Source: Myxococcota bacterium (GTDB lineage Bacteria; Myxococcota_A; UBA9160; SZUA-336). From it: a stretch of 64,000 nucleotides of DNA. Shown one piece after another: positions 29,833-40,140 of this stretch. Both the position numbers and the translations under genes were made by a program. Position 1 is the stretch's first letter. Each line of letters starts with the position of its first letter. Location: the NCBI GenBank assembly GCA_965247115.1, contig CBDFGR010000002.1, positions 992,001 through 1,056,000 of the forward strand, given 5' to 3'. The notes beneath the pieces were generated by a model. The model saw only the letters and a program-made list of their open reading frames with translations, was not told the origin of the DNA and made no database searches.

Positions 29833-32490
29833 TCAGTGAGCCTCGATCCAGCTGCCCCCTGAGCCAATGTGCACATCGAGCGGTACCACGAGCTCGGCGA
29901 CCGAGCGCATCTCCTCGCGCACGAGCTCCTGGAGCGGGGCGAGATCCGCCGTCTGAACCTCGAAGACTAGCTCATCGTGGACCTGAAGGATCATCTGGGC
30001 CTCCGGAGCCCCCCGAAGCTCGAGTTTTCGGTCGATTTCGACCATTGCCTTCTTGATCAGATCCGCGGCCGTACCCTGCAGAACCGAATTCGTGGCCATG
30101 CGTTCCGCGGCGGCCTTCTGGACGCGGTTTCGGGCGTGCAGGTCCGGCAGGTAACGTCTCCTCCCGTAGAGCGTTTCAGCGTACCCCCGCAGGCGCGCGT
30201 CGGCCACGGCGCGGTCCAGAAAGGCCCTCACCCCGGGATAGCGCTCGAAGTAGGCCTTGATGTGGGCCGCGGCCTCGGACTGGGCGATTCCAAGGCTGCG
30301 GGCCAGACCGAAGGACGACTGACCGTAGATGATGCCGAAATTGATGGCCTTGGTGCGCGAGCGCTGCTCGGCGGAGACCTCCTCCTCACTCACCCCGAAG
30401 ACCTGCGAGGCCGTTCGCACGTGGATGTCGGCGCCCTGGCGAAACGCCTCCACCAGGCCCTGGTCCTCCGAGAAGTGAGCCAGGACGCGCAACTCGATCT
30501 GGCTGTAATCCGCCGAGACCAGCAGGCGGCCCTCCGCAGGGATGAAGGCGGTGCGGATCTCCTGCCCCTCCGGCGTGCGGATCGGGATGTTCTGGAGATT
30601 CGGGTTCTGGGAAGACAGACGCCCGGTCGCCGCGACAATCTGATTGAAGGTGGTATGGATGCGCCCGGTCTCCGGGTTGACCAGCTCGGGCAGCGCGTCC
30701 ACGTAGGTGCTCTTCAGCTTTGAGAGCCGCCGGTACATCAAGATCTCGGCGGGGATCTCGTGCCCCTGAGCAGCCAGGTCCTCGAGTACCGACTCATCGG
30801 TCGAGAATCCCGTCTTGGTCTTCTTGGTTGGCGGAAGCTTGAGCTGCTCGAACAGGATGTGCTGCAGCTGACGGGGCGAGCCGATGTTGAAAGGCGCTCC
30901 GGCCAGCCCGTGGATCCGAACCTCCATGTCTCCCAGGCGCTCGGTCAGCTGCACGTCCAGCGCCGAGAGCTTGGCCAGGTCGATGCGAACGCCGGCACGC
31001 TCCATCTTCGAGAGCACAGGTATCAGGGGGACCTCGAGCTCGCGGTAGAGCGGCAGCTGGCCCCGCTCGCGGAGCTGGGCCTCGACCGCCTCGTGCAGCG
31101 GCAGGGCGTGTGCGGTCTCGCCGCCCATGTGTTCGCCCAGCTCCGGCGCGGACACCTCCAGTGCGGTGCGGCGCTTGGCCCCCTTGCCAAAGCGGTCCTC
31201 GGCCGAGGGAAGCTGGATGCCGAGGTAGGTCCGGACCAGGACCTCGGGCCGCTGCACTTGCTGAGAGGGATCGGCGACGTAAGCGGCCAGCGAGACGTCG
31301 AGCAGCTCGCCGCCGAGCTCGATGCCGCGGCGACCAAGAGCATTCGCGCAGCGTTTGAGGTCGTAACCGATCCAGGTCCGTTGCTCCGACACCAACAGCG
31401 CTCGGAGCAACGGCAGCGCTCTGGCTGGGTCGAGCTGCGCCATGCTGATCAGCCAGGCGTCGCCCGAGGGGTCTGCCAGCGCGACCGCGACAAGCTCGCC
31501 GCGCATGGCGTCCTCAGGCTCGAGGGCACATGCCAGGCCGAGCCGTGCTACGCCCGACAGCGTCTCCGCCAGCGCCTCCAGCTCGGCCAGGTCCTGCACG
31601 ACCCGCACACGAGTCTCCACGGCGGGAGTCGGGGGCGCGCCCGCGTCAAGCTCCTCGAGCAAGCGCTTGAACTCGAGCTCCCGAAACAGCTCGATCAGCG
31701 TCTCGCGATCGGACTCCACGACCCGCGCGCTGTCGAGGTCGAGCTCGATCGGCAGGTCCTCCCGCAGCCGCGAGAGCTCACGGGACAGCCGGGCCATGTC
31801 GACGCCAGCGCGCAGGGCCTCGCGAGCGCGCTTTGCCGGGATCTCTTCTACCCTCTCGATCAGCTGGTCGAGCGAGCCGAACTCTTTGATCAGCTTGGCC
31901 GCCCCCTTCTCGCCGATCCCCTTCACCCCGGGGATGTTGTCCGAGCTGTCTCCGACCAGAGAGCGGAGGTCCAGCACCGACTCTGGAGGCACACCGAAGC
32001 GCGCCTCGACTTCCCGCGGCCCGAAGCGGCGGTCCCGCATGGTGTCGATCACCACGACGTGGTCGCTCGCCAGCTGCATCAGGTCCTTGTCGGTCGACAC
32101 GATCTCGACGTCGAGACCCTTCTCGGTTGCGGCCCGAACGAGTGTGGCAATCACGTCGTCCGCCTCCTCGCCCTCGTACTCGAGCGACGCAAAGCGGTAC
32201 GCGCGAACGATGCGGCGGATGTTCGCGAACTGCGTCTTCAGGTCATCGGGCGTCACGTCGCGCGTGGCCTTGTACTCCGGATAGACCTGCTTCCGACGCT
32301 TCTTGCCGGGCGCGTCCCACACCACGACGAGATAGTCAGGGGTCGTCTCCCGCAGCGTCTTCTGCACCATAGTCGTGAAGCCCAGCGTCGCGTTCGTGGG
32401 TACGCCCGCTGCGTTGGTCAGCGTCGGAATCGCATAGAACGCACGAAAAATCGACGAGCTCGCATCGATCAGCAGCAGCTTCTCGCTCAC
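29833..32490 (-). CDS. polA: DNA polymerase I
   Basis: 5'-3' exonuclease (EADDVI, GDSSDNIPGV), motifs A/B/C (DYSQIELR, KAINFGIIYG, QVHDEL). Confidence 0.97.
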   Translation of the reverse strand: MSEKLLLIDASSSIFRAFYAIPTLTNAAGVPTNATLGFTTMVQKTLRETTPDYLVVVWDAPGKKRRKQVYPEYKATRDVTPDDLKTQFANIRRIVRAYRFASLEYEGEEADDVIATLVRAATEKGLDVEIVSTDKDLMQLASDHVVVIDTMRDRRFGPREVEARFGVPPESVLDLRSLVGDSSDNIPGVKGIGEKGAAKLIKEFGSLDQLIERVEEIPAKRAREALRAGVDMARLSRELSRLREDLPIELDLDSARVVESDRETLIELFRELEFKRLLEELDAGAPPTPAVETRVRVVQDLAELEALAETLSGVARLGLACALEPEDAMRGELVAVALADPSGDAWLISMAQLDPARALPLLRALLVSEQRTWIGYDLKRCANALGRRGIELGGELLDVSLAAYVADPSQQVQRPEVLVRTYLGIQLPSAEDRFGKGAKRRTALEVSAPELGEHMGGETAHALPLHEAVEAQLRERGQLPLYRELEVPLIPVLSKMERAGVRIDLAKLSALDVQLTERLGDMEVRIHGLAGAPFNIGSPRQLQHILFEQLKLPPTKKTKTGFSTDESVLEDLAAQGHEIPAEILMYRRLSKLKSTYVDALPELVNPETGRIHTTFNQIVAATGRLSSQNPNLQNIPIRTPEGQEIRTAFIPAEGRLLVSADYSQIELRVLAHFSEDQGLVEAFRQGADIHVRTASQVFGVSEEEVSAEQRSRTKAINFGIIYGQSSFGLARSLGIAQSEAAAHIKAYFERYPGVRAFLDRAVADARLRGYAETLYGRRRYLPDLHARNRVQKAAAERMATNSVLQGTAADLIKKAMVEIDRKLELRGAPEAQMILQVHDELVFEVQTADLAPLQELVREEMRSVAELVVPLDVHIGSGGSWIEAH

Positions 32491-32530
32491 TCTCTCGGTG
32501 TACCACGGCTCCTTCTATCCGCCAACCTGC

Positions 32531-32686
32531 CTTGCGGGACCCGGCGCGCGAGCGGTCGCGCGCCACCCACCTCCGCTCAGGGCTACGCCCTTCGCTGCGC
32601 GCCCCGCTCCGCGGCGCTTGCATGGCTGCCAAGCCTCGTAGGAGGTGCCGGTTCTCCACGGAATCTGAACTTGAGGACGGTCCTAG
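32531..32686 (+). repeat. repeat module A + linker + partial module B
   Basis: Reverse complement of the B'-linker-A' unit at 13715-13882 and 50009-50177. Confidence 0.88.
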
Positions 32687-33786
32687 TAACGATTGGCGAG
32701 GTCTTGGTTGGTTTGGATTTGGTGGAGGTCTTGTTTGGTTTTTGTGGGGAAGAAGCGGCCGCGAGGGCCGCTGCGGGGGGTGACGAGGTAGTTTGTGGGG
32801 GCGTGCGCAGAGAGCTCGTTGATGAGGCGTTCCATCTGGACGGCGGTGCGACCCTCGACGTCCTTCTCGACGTAGAACCACGTCAGGGGGTGCGGCTCTG
32901 CGAGTAGCTCGACCGAGATCACGAACGTGTTCGTAGCGATGACCTCGAGTGACTCGGTGTCGAAGCCCTCTGGCCAGCGGAAGCTCTCGACGACCTGCAG
33001 CCCGCCGTCCACGAAGGCGGGCGCGCCGCCCGCATCCCCTGGCAGGCTCTCGGTTACCTCGACGGTGAGCGGGCTTTCGTGCGCGATGTGGTAGCCGACA
33101 ATCGTCGGATCGAGCACGGCACCGAGGTTGTCGATATTGGATAGCACGAGCAGTCGCACGCCGCGGTCTCGCAGCAGCGCAAGGGTACCGGACTCACGGA
33201 TGAAGTCGGCGAAGTCTCCGTGGCCCGGCGCGTAGGGGGAGACCGCTCCCGACCGATCGCGGAAGATGTCGCCGCTCGGCGTGAGACGTAGTGACAAGCC
33301 CTGAAGAAAGGTGCGCGTGTCCGCCCCGAGCTTCTTTTCGCTGAGGAAACGCTCCGTCGCGGCAGACGTCGCAAAGCTGTTCATGATCACGAATGGAGCT
33401 GGACTCAGGCTACGCGCCTGCTCGAGCTTGAGCTCGAGAAAGGTCCTCTCGCCGAGCACCGGAACCATTCCCTTCACCGCGCCGCCAAAGCGCGTTGCCA
33501 TCCCGCCGTTGAGAACTGCCGCAGCCACCTCACCTGCCTCGAGCGCGCGGCCTCCCAGCTCGGAGTAGCTCTCCAGCTCGGATTCCGAGAAGAGCCCGAG
33601 CCTGTCGAGATCTTGCAGGCGGGCGGGCTCGATGCGGCCCGTGATCCGGTTCTGCCGTTTCCCGATGCTACCGGCGGCGATCTCGGCGCGTGTGCGCTCG
33701 ATCCGATCGCGGTCCATGCGGAGGCCCGGGAGGTTGCCGAATGCCAGCTGGACCTCTCGTTCGAGCTCGTCCCAGTCGACCGTCAC
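32683..33786 (-). CDS. UDPGP-family nucleotidyltransferase (UTP--glucose-1-phosphate uridylyltransferase-like)
   Basis: 'LNGGMATRFG...KG', 'MNSF', 'PGHGD', 'SNIDNLGA', 'Q.E' motifs of the eukaryote-type UDPGP family. Confidence 0.85.
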   Translation of the reverse strand: MTVDWDELEREVQLAFGNLPGLRMDRDRIERTRAEIAAGSIGKRQNRITGRIEPARLQDLDRLGLFSESELESYSELGGRALEAGEVAAAVLNGGMATRFGGAVKGMVPVLGERTFLELKLEQARSLSPAPFVIMNSFATSAATERFLSEKKLGADTRTFLQGLSLRLTPSGDIFRDRSGAVSPYAPGHGDFADFIRESGTLALLRDRGVRLLVLSNIDNLGAVLDPTIVGYHIAHESPLTVEVTESLPGDAGGAPAFVDGGLQVVESFRWPEGFDTESLEVIATNTFVISVELLAEPHPLTWFYVEKDVEGRTAVQMERLINELSAHAPTNYLVTPRSGPRGRFFPTKTKQDLHQIQTNQDLANRY

Positions 33787-33872
33787 GGCCGTTCGCCTCG
33801 CACTTGCACTAGCCGGCCCCGCTCCGCGATGATTCCTGTCTCCGAATACGGCGGAACGAGGTCCCGACGAGA

Positions 33873-34319
33873 ATGACAGAGCAGCTCTACTTCGCCTATG
33901 GCTCCAACCTCGACGCGGAGCAGATGCGCGAACGCTGTCCCGGATCGACGCTGCGCTTTCGCGCGCGGCTGCCAGACCACCGGCTCGACTTTACTCACTA
34001 CTCCACCCGCTGGTCGGGTGGTGCCGCTGACGTCGTCCCCGAGCCAGAGAGCGAGGTCTGGGGCGTGGTCTACGAGCGCGTCGACTTCGCGCTCCTGGAT
34101 CGCTTCGAGAGGGGCTATGATCGCGTCGTGCTGCGCGTGATCGACGACGCCGATCGCGTTCATGAGGTCACGAGCTACAGCGTGCGCGAGAAGAGCCGCT
34201 TCGCTCCGAGCGACGTGTACCTGGCGAAGATCCTGCACTGGGCCAAACGCTGGGAGTTCCCAGAGCGCTATCTCAGCCAGTTGCCTGCACCCACTCAATC
34301 GCGACTGCGGCCCAGCTAG
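33873..34319 (+). CDS. gamma-glutamylcyclotransferase family protein
   Basis: 'YFAYGSNL', 'VWGVVY', 'LDRFE.GY'. Confidence 0.88.
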   Translation: MTEQLYFAYGSNLDAEQMRERCPGSTLRFRARLPDHRLDFTHYSTRWSGGAADVVPEPESEVWGVVYERVDFALLDRFERGYDRVVLRVIDDADRVHEVTSYSVREKSRFAPSDVYLAKILHWAKRWEFPERYLSQLPAPTQSRLRPS

Positions 34320-34346
34320 GCTCGCGAATGCCGGTGCGAGCGACGG

Positions 34347-34586
34347 TCACGCTTCGGCGCGCGCCTCGATGTATTGCACGATGTCACCAATCGTGCGGAT
34401 GTTCTCGACGTCATCATCGGGCACCTCGATGCCGAACGCCTCTTCGAGCGCCATCACGAGCTCCACGACGTCGAGCGAGTCCGCACCAAGATCGTCCAGC
34501 AGGTTTGCCTCTGGAGAGAGCGACTCCTTATCCACGCCGAGCTGGTCCGTCACAATCAAGTTCACACGCTCGCTGAGCGCTTGCAT
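34347..34586 (-). CDS. acpP: acyl carrier protein
   Basis: 'DLGADSLDVVELVMALEEAF'. Confidence 0.95.
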   Translation of the reverse strand: MQALSERVNLIVTDQLGVDKESLSPEANLLDDLGADSLDVVELVMALEEAFGIEVPDDDVENIRTIGDIVQYIEARAEA

Positions 34587-34743
34587 CCCTACTCCCCCTT
34601 TGCTCGCGGCTACGACGCACCGCGGCAAGCTCCTGCCACCTCGAGAGTCACCTGTAGTCACCCTCCAGGGCGCGATCAGTTTCCCCGACACCTGCAGGGT
34701 TGTCAACGCGGAACAATGGCTCGAACGCGCTCGGCGAACTTCG

Positions 34744-35697
34744 CTAGACGTCGTCACTCCCGTCGTAGGCCAGGCTCTCGAAGAGCGGGGTCGTGAGGTA
34801 GCGTTCGCCGAAGTCCGGGAGGATCGCGACGATCAACTTGCCGGCGGCCTCGGGCTCTGCGGCCACCCGGAGCGCGGCCACGACAGCAGCACCCGACGAG
34901 ATCCCGGACAGGATGCCCTCCTCCACGGCCAGCCGCCGCGCCATCTCGATCGACTCGTCGCTGCTCACCTGGACCACCCCGGCCAGCACGTCGGTCTCGA
35001 GCACGTCGGGAATGAAGCCGGCGCCCAGACCCTGGATGCGATGCTCGCCGGGACTCCCACCAGAGATCACTGCGGCTTCCACGGGCTCGACCGCGATCGC
35101 TTTGAAGCCCGGCTTTTTCGCGTTGAGTACCTGCGCAATCCCCGTAATCGTTCCACCGGTACCGACGCCAGCCACGACGTAGTCGAGCTCTCCGTCCGTG
35201 TCGCGCCAGAGCTCGAGTGCGGTCGTCTCTCGATGAACGGCAGGGTTCGCGGGGTTTTTGAACTGCTGCGGGATGAAGCTGTTGGGAATCCTCGCGGCGA
35301 GGCGTTCCGCTGCCTTCACCGCACCTTGCATCATGTCCGCTCCGGCAGTGAGAACCAGCTTGGCCCCGTACGCGCGCAGTACGATCCGCCTCTCGAGCGA
35401 GAAAGTGTCCGGCATGGTGAGGATGAGCTTGTAGCCCCGTGCCGCTGCGACCATCGCGAGCGCGATGCCGGTGTTCCCGGACGTCGACTCGATGATCACA
35501 GACTTTCCCGGCTCGATGACCCCCTCACGCTCCGCGGCCTCTATCATCGCGAGACCGAGCCTGTCCTTGACGCTGCTGGCCGGGTTGAAGCCTTCGAGCT
35601 TCGCGACGATACGCGCGGGCGCACCGGCCGCCACACTGTTCAACCTTACCAGCGGCGTGCCGCCGATCAGCTTCGTCACGTCGTTCGCGATCCTCAT
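34744..35697 (-). CDS. cysK: cysteine synthase A
   Basis: 'NPASSVKDR', 'TSGNTG', 'GVGTGGT', '[10 protein letters not shown]'. Confidence 0.95.
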   Translation of the reverse strand: MRIANDVTKLIGGTPLVRLNSVAAGAPARIVAKLEGFNPASSVKDRLGLAMIEAAEREGVIEPGKSVIIESTSGNTGIALAMVAAARGYKLILTMPDTFSLERRIVLRAYGAKLVLTAGADMMQGAVKAAERLAARIPNSFIPQQFKNPANPAVHRETTALELWRDTDGELDYVVAGVGTGGTITGIAQVLNAKKPGFKAIAVEPVEAAVISGGSPGEHRIQGLGAGFIPDVLETDVLAGVVQVSSDESIEMARRLAVEEGILSGISSGAAVVAALRVAAEPEAAGKLIVAILPDFGERYLTTPLFESLAYDGSDDV

Positions 35698-35712
35698 GTC
35701 CTCTGGCCTCTC

Positions 35713-36072
35713 CTACTCGCCGGATGGTAGCACGAGGTTCGTCGAGCGGATCTTCGCTCCCGACGCACGGAGTAAGAGCTCGCGCGCTAGATGAGTGACA
35801 AGCTTGCGGAGACCCGGGCTGCGTTCCGGATGCGTCAGCGGATCGACCCGCAATGTCGTCGACCCATCCGTGTGTCGCGAGATCCGCACGTAGAACGACA
35901 GCTTGCGGCCTGCCTCCACGACGAGCGCTTCGATCAGGACATCGCGACCCTCTCGCTCGAAATAGACGCGGTCCGCCCGCAGAACGTCTGCTCCGCTCCG
36001 GAGCAGTACCGGCGCAAAATCGCGCACCCACGATTGGAGGTCCAGTTCGCCCTCGAAGACGAGGTGAGGCAC
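35713..36072 (-). CDS. hypothetical protein
   Basis: 119-aa ORF packed between rnhB and cysK on the same strand. Confidence 0.65.
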   Translation of the reverse strand: MPHLVFEGELDLQSWVRDFAPVLLRSGADVLRADRVYFEREGRDVLIEALVVEAGRKLSFYVRISRHTDGSTTLRVDPLTHPERSPGLRKLVTHLARELLLRASGAKIRSTNLVLPSGE

Positions 36073-36864
36073 TCAGGCTCCCTCGCGGGCGCTGCGCACA
36101 GGAGCGAAGGAGTTTCTGTGGACGGGAGTCGGTCCGCGCCAGACGAGCGCGCGCAGGTGTTCCGCAGTGCCGTAGCCCGCGTTCCTGGCGAACCCATAGC
36201 CGGGGTAGCGAGCATCGAGCTCCAGCATGCGGCGATCGCGCCAGACCTTGGCAACGACGGAGGCCGCCGCGATCGATCCCACCTTGCGATCGCCGCCTGC
36301 CACGGCGCGCTGCTCCATCGCGAGTCCCGGGACGCGCCGTCCATCGATGAGTGCGATCTGCGCTGGCTCCTCGAGGGCTTCGAGCGCTCGCCGCATTGCG
36401 AGTAACCCCGCCTGGTAGACGTTCACACGGTCGACTTCCCCCGGCTCGACCCAGCCAATTCCGAGCCCTCGCGCACAGTCCCGAATCTCGAGATCGAGGC
36501 GCTCTCGGACCGCGGCGCTGAGCAGCTTGGAGTCGTTCAACCCATCGAGTCGCGTTCGCCGCGGAAGAACGACTGCGGCAGCGACGACGGGACCGGCCAG
36601 GGGTCCCATCCCGACCTCGTCGACCCCTGCGATGCACTCGACGCCGTGCAGGCGGAGCTCACGCTCCATGTGGAAAAGTCGGCGCAGCCGGCGACTCTCC
36701 GCGTTGGTGCGCTTGCGCCGCAGCTCGAGCTGCAACGCGATGTCGCGGGCGCCGAGGCGCGGATCCTCGTGGAGAGAGCGCAGCAGTTTGCTCGTGACCC
36801 TTCCGGACCCGCTCGCGTACTTGCGACGGATCTCCTGCAGCGGTACCCCCCGGACCTCTGGCAT
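36073..36864 (-). CDS. rnhB: ribonuclease HII
   Basis: 'AGVDEVG.GPLAGPV', 'LNDSK', 'SIAAAS.VAKV.RD', 'GYGT..H'. Confidence 0.95.
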   Translation of the reverse strand: MPEVRGVPLQEIRRKYASGSGRVTSKLLRSLHEDPRLGARDIALQLELRRKRTNAESRRLRRLFHMERELRLHGVECIAGVDEVGMGPLAGPVVAAAVVLPRRTRLDGLNDSKLLSAAVRERLDLEIRDCARGLGIGWVEPGEVDRVNVYQAGLLAMRRALEALEEPAQIALIDGRRVPGLAMEQRAVAGGDRKVGSIAAASVVAKVWRDRRMLELDARYPGYGFARNAGYGTAEHLRALVWRGPTPVHRNSFAPVRSAREGA

Positions 36865-36869
36865 GAGAG

Positions 36870-37916
36870 TCAATCCTCGTCGTCTGTGTCGATCTTCTTC
36901 TCTAGCTCGCGCACTCGGCGCAGGAGCTCCGGCAGGCGCTTGGAGGCGACCATCACGCGGCCCCACAGCCTGCGCTCCATGTGCGGATAGCCGAGAACCT
37001 GCATGTCTGGCCCGACGTCGCTCGTGACGCCGGTCTTGCCGCCGACCAGCGTACGCTCGCCGATGTGCACGTTGTCGCCCACACCCACCTGCCCCGCAAG
37101 AAAGGCGCCCGCACCAACGGAGCTGCTGCCGGACAGGCCGACCTGCGCGCAGAGCGTGGCGCCGGGCCCAATGCTCGAGCCGTGTCCCACGTGAGTCAGG
37201 TTGTCGATCTTGACGCCATCGCCGATGCGCGTGCGCACCTGCGAGTGCCCGCGACGGGAATGTCCGGGGTGGGCTGCATCGATCGTGGAGTTTGCGCCCA
37301 CCTCGCAGTCATTGCCCAGCTCAACCGGACAGCGATGGGGTACACGAACTCGTGTACCATCCTCCCGGAAGACGAAGCCGAAACCCTCTGCCCCGATCAC
37401 CGCGCCATTCTGGATGACGCAGCGGTCCCCGAGCGTTACCCCGTCGCGCAGCTGGGCCCCGGAGTGGATCTCGCAGTCCACGCCGATGCGAACGCCGGGG
37501 TAGAGCGTCACGTGCGGGTGAATGCAGCTGCGATCCCCGATCCGCACGCGACTGCCGAGCACGGCGTAGGCCCCGATCGAGACGTTCAGACCGAGAACGA
37601 CATCCGCGGCCACGACGGCGGTCTTGTGCGTGCCGGGCGCCGGCCGCTCCCGTGGATAGAGGATGTCGACGGCACGTGCGAACTCCGCGTACGGAGCTGT
37701 GGCTCGCAGGCAGGGTCTGCCGCGCGTCTCGAAGTCGGGAGGTGCGAGGAACACGGCGCCCTTGGAGGCTTCGAAGTCCTTGCTGTACTGCTCCCCCGTC
37801 ACAAAGCTCAGCTCCGACGGGGTCGCATCGCGCAGCCCGGCCAGTCCCTGGATCTCGAGGTCGGGATCCCCCTCGAACGCGAGGCCGAGAGCGGTGGCGA
37901 GTTCCTGAAGTCGCAC
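36870..37916 (-). CDS. lpxD: UDP-3-O-acylglucosamine N-acyltransferase
   Basis: Hexapeptide repeats, 'GAEGFGF', 'KIDNL.HVGH'. Confidence 0.92.
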   Translation of the reverse strand: MRLQELATALGLAFEGDPDLEIQGLAGLRDATPSELSFVTGEQYSKDFEASKGAVFLAPPDFETRGRPCLRATAPYAEFARAVDILYPRERPAPGTHKTAVVAADVVLGLNVSIGAYAVLGSRVRIGDRSCIHPHVTLYPGVRIGVDCEIHSGAQLRDGVTLGDRCVIQNGAVIGAEGFGFVFREDGTRVRVPHRCPVELGNDCEVGANSTIDAAHPGHSRRGHSQVRTRIGDGVKIDNLTHVGHGSSIGPGATLCAQVGLSGSSSVGAGAFLAGQVGVGDNVHIGERTLVGGKTGVTSDVGPDMQVLGYPHMERRLWGRVMVASKRLPELLRRVRELEKKIDTDDED

Positions 37917-37921
37917 GTGCC

Positions 37922-39460
37922 TCAGCTTCCGAGGAGCTTCCCGAGCGGCGAGAGGTAGCGCAGTCGCAACGCGCGGTGCTCGGCACGCAGCGCACTCGTG
38001 CGGTACGGGTAGGCGAGCGAGCGCTCCCGTTGACGAAAGCTCGGCCGCACCACAGATTGCACGTGGCTGTAGCTCTCGAGTCCCGCGTCGGCGCCAACAT
38101 GGCTCTGCCGGATCGCGCCCGGCGAGCCCTCGGAGATCGGAACCCAAGCGGTCACGTTGTTCACCGTGACTCGAGCGGCAGCGATGCGACTCGCAAGCTG
38201 TCTGGCGCGGTATCGATCTCGCGTCCACAAGCTCGCGCGCGGACGGTAGGTCGAATTGCTGGCCAGACGCACGGCCTCCTCCTCGTCCTTCACGATCTGG
38301 ACGGGTAGCGTCGGCCCGAAGGTCTCCGCGCGCATCATGGTCATCGCGTGGCTCACGTCCACGAGCACAGTCGGCTCGTAGAAGTAGCCCTCGAAGCCAG
38401 GGTTGCGCCGCCCGCCGGTGAGCACGCGCGCGCCCTTGTCGACCGCGTCGCTGACCTGCCGGTCGATGACATCGAGCCGCGCGGGCGAGCTCAGGGAGCC
38501 CACGTCGACCTCTCCCCGGGACTCCGGACCCTGACGCAGAACACGGGTCAGCGCGACGACGCGATCGACGAAGGGCTGCGCGACTTTCTCCACGACGTAG
38601 ACGCGCTCGATCGACGTGCAATTCTGCCCGGAGTTCGCGAACGCACCCCAGACGGCGCAGCGGGACGCTCGTTCCAAGTCCGCGTCGTCACAGACGATCA
38701 AGGGGTCGTTTCCGCCGAGCTCGAGTCTGCACGAGATGGACCTGCGCGCGCACTCCTCCGCGACACTGCGCCCGCTCTGCGCCGAGCCTGCAAACGAGAT
38801 CCTGTTGCAGCCTGCATCGACGAGCGCCATACCCGTGGAGGCATCCCCGGTGAGGACCTGGAAGACCCCTTCCGGCAAGCCGGCCGCCTCGAACAGCTCG
38901 GCCAGACCCAGCCCGACCAGAGGCGTGACCTCTGACGGTTTCAAGACCACGGTGTTCCCCGACATGAGGGCCTGGACGGTCGGGATCACTGACTGGAGCA
39001 GCGGGAGGCTACCCGGACTGAGGACACCCACCACTCCCAGTGGACGGTGCGAGAGGACGTGCGTCTCGGTCCGAATCCGACGGGTGCGCTCGCGGTGGTC
39101 CCCGAGCAGCCGCTTCGCCTTCTTCGCATAGAACGTCAGCGCGTTGCAGCACGCAGACACCTCGCCGGCAAGCGCCTCAATGCGCGGCTTTCCCGTATCG
39201 TTGCAGACCGTATCGACGACGTGAAGGACGCGTTCGACCAGCGTGTCGCGCACCCTCAGCAGCTGCCGACCGCGTTCGTCGAAGCCGAGCTCGGCCCAGC
39301 TCTCCTGCGCCGCCCGAGCGCGTCGGACGGCACTCTCCACCTCCGTCGACGTCGCGACCCCGATCTCGCCCTTCTTCTCGAGGGTGGCGGGGTTGAGCAC
39401 CTCGAGCTTGCGCCGTCCGTGAAGCTCGCGCGGCCCGTCGAGGGGCTGTATCAGCGCCAT
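37922..39460 (-). CDS. aldehyde dehydrogenase family protein (divergent motifs)
   Basis: 'LKPSE', 'ELGG', 'GQNC', 'ETFGP' present. Confidence 0.85.
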   Translation of the reverse strand: MALIQPLDGPRELHGRRKLEVLNPATLEKKGEIGVATSTEVESAVRRARAAQESWAELGFDERGRQLLRVRDTLVERVLHVVDTVCNDTGKPRIEALAGEVSACCNALTFYAKKAKRLLGDHRERTRRIRTETHVLSHRPLGVVGVLSPGSLPLLQSVIPTVQALMSGNTVVLKPSEVTPLVGLGLAELFEAAGLPEGVFQVLTGDASTGMALVDAGCNRISFAGSAQSGRSVAEECARRSISCRLELGGNDPLIVCDDADLERASRCAVWGAFANSGQNCTSIERVYVVEKVAQPFVDRVVALTRVLRQGPESRGEVDVGSLSSPARLDVIDRQVSDAVDKGARVLTGGRRNPGFEGYFYEPTVLVDVSHAMTMMRAETFGPTLPVQIVKDEEEAVRLASNSTYRPRASLWTRDRYRARQLASRIAAARVTVNNVTAWVPISEGSPGAIRQSHVGADAGLESYSHVQSVVRPSFRQRERSLAYPYRTSALRAEHRALRLRYLSPLGKLLGS

Positions 39461-39567
39461 ATGCTGAACGTCTATAGGATCAGCGTATCCGCGTCAATTT
39501 GCCCCTGTCGAGACACCCGCTGCCGTCCCGCCTCCTCCGACCGCAAACCACGCGCAACCGAACGCCC

Positions 39568-39680
39568 GGGGCTTGGCACCCATGCAAGCGCCGCGAACGC
39601 GGCGCGCGCAGCGAAGGCCGTAGGCCTGAGCGAAGGTGGGTGGGCCGCGGCCGCCCGCGGCCCGGGTCCCACAGGACAAG
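39568..39680 (-). repeat. repeat module A with part of the linker
   Basis: 'ggggcttggcacccatgcaagcgccgcgaacgcggcgcgcgcagcgaaggccgtaggcctgagcg...gggtcccacaggacaag'. Confidence 0.88.
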
Positions 39681-39682
39681 GC

Positions 39683-40078
39683 TCAGGAGAAGTACTCGAG
39701 CACGTCGGTCTCCGTCACGATGCCGATCAGCTTGCCGGCCTCCAGCACGGGCAGACAGCCGATCTTCTGGCGCGCCATCGTGCGCGCCGCTTCCTGAATC
39801 GACCTGTCCACGTCGATCGAGATCGGGGGCGCCGACATCACCTCGGAGATCTTGACACCCTCCAGGAAGATCTTCTGCTCCGCGGCCGGGAGTCCCATGA
39901 CGTTGGACAGCGAGGCGCGCAGCAGGTCGCGCTGAGAGACGACACCCACCAGGTCCCCGAGACGCACCACCGGCAGGTGTCGCGTGTCTCCGAACTCCAT
40001 GATCTCCTTCACGATCCACAGGTTGTCATCGGCCGGGATGGTGACGACGTTGGTCTTCATGATGTCGCGGATGGTCAC
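39683..40078 (-). CDS. CBS domain pair protein
   Basis: 'RHLPVV....LVGVVSQRD' and 'IGCLPVL....LIGIVTETD'. Confidence 0.9.
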   Translation of the reverse strand: MTIRDIMKTNVVTIPADDNLWIVKEIMEFGDTRHLPVVRLGDLVGVVSQRDLLRASLSNVMGLPAAEQKIFLEGVKISEVMSAPPISIDVDRSIQEAARTMARQKIGCLPVLEAGKLIGIVTETDVLEYFS

Positions 40079-40140
40079 AGGGCCCGTCTACCACGCCAGG
40101 GGTACGGTTACAATCCACTAGGTCCTGCTAGAATTTCGCC

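Noticed and set aside
30760..32907. Long antisense and alternate-frame ORFs (e.g. 715 aa opposite polA, 430 aa opposite the sigma factor)
   Set aside because: Shadow ORFs expected in high-GC DNA, overlapping well-supported genes
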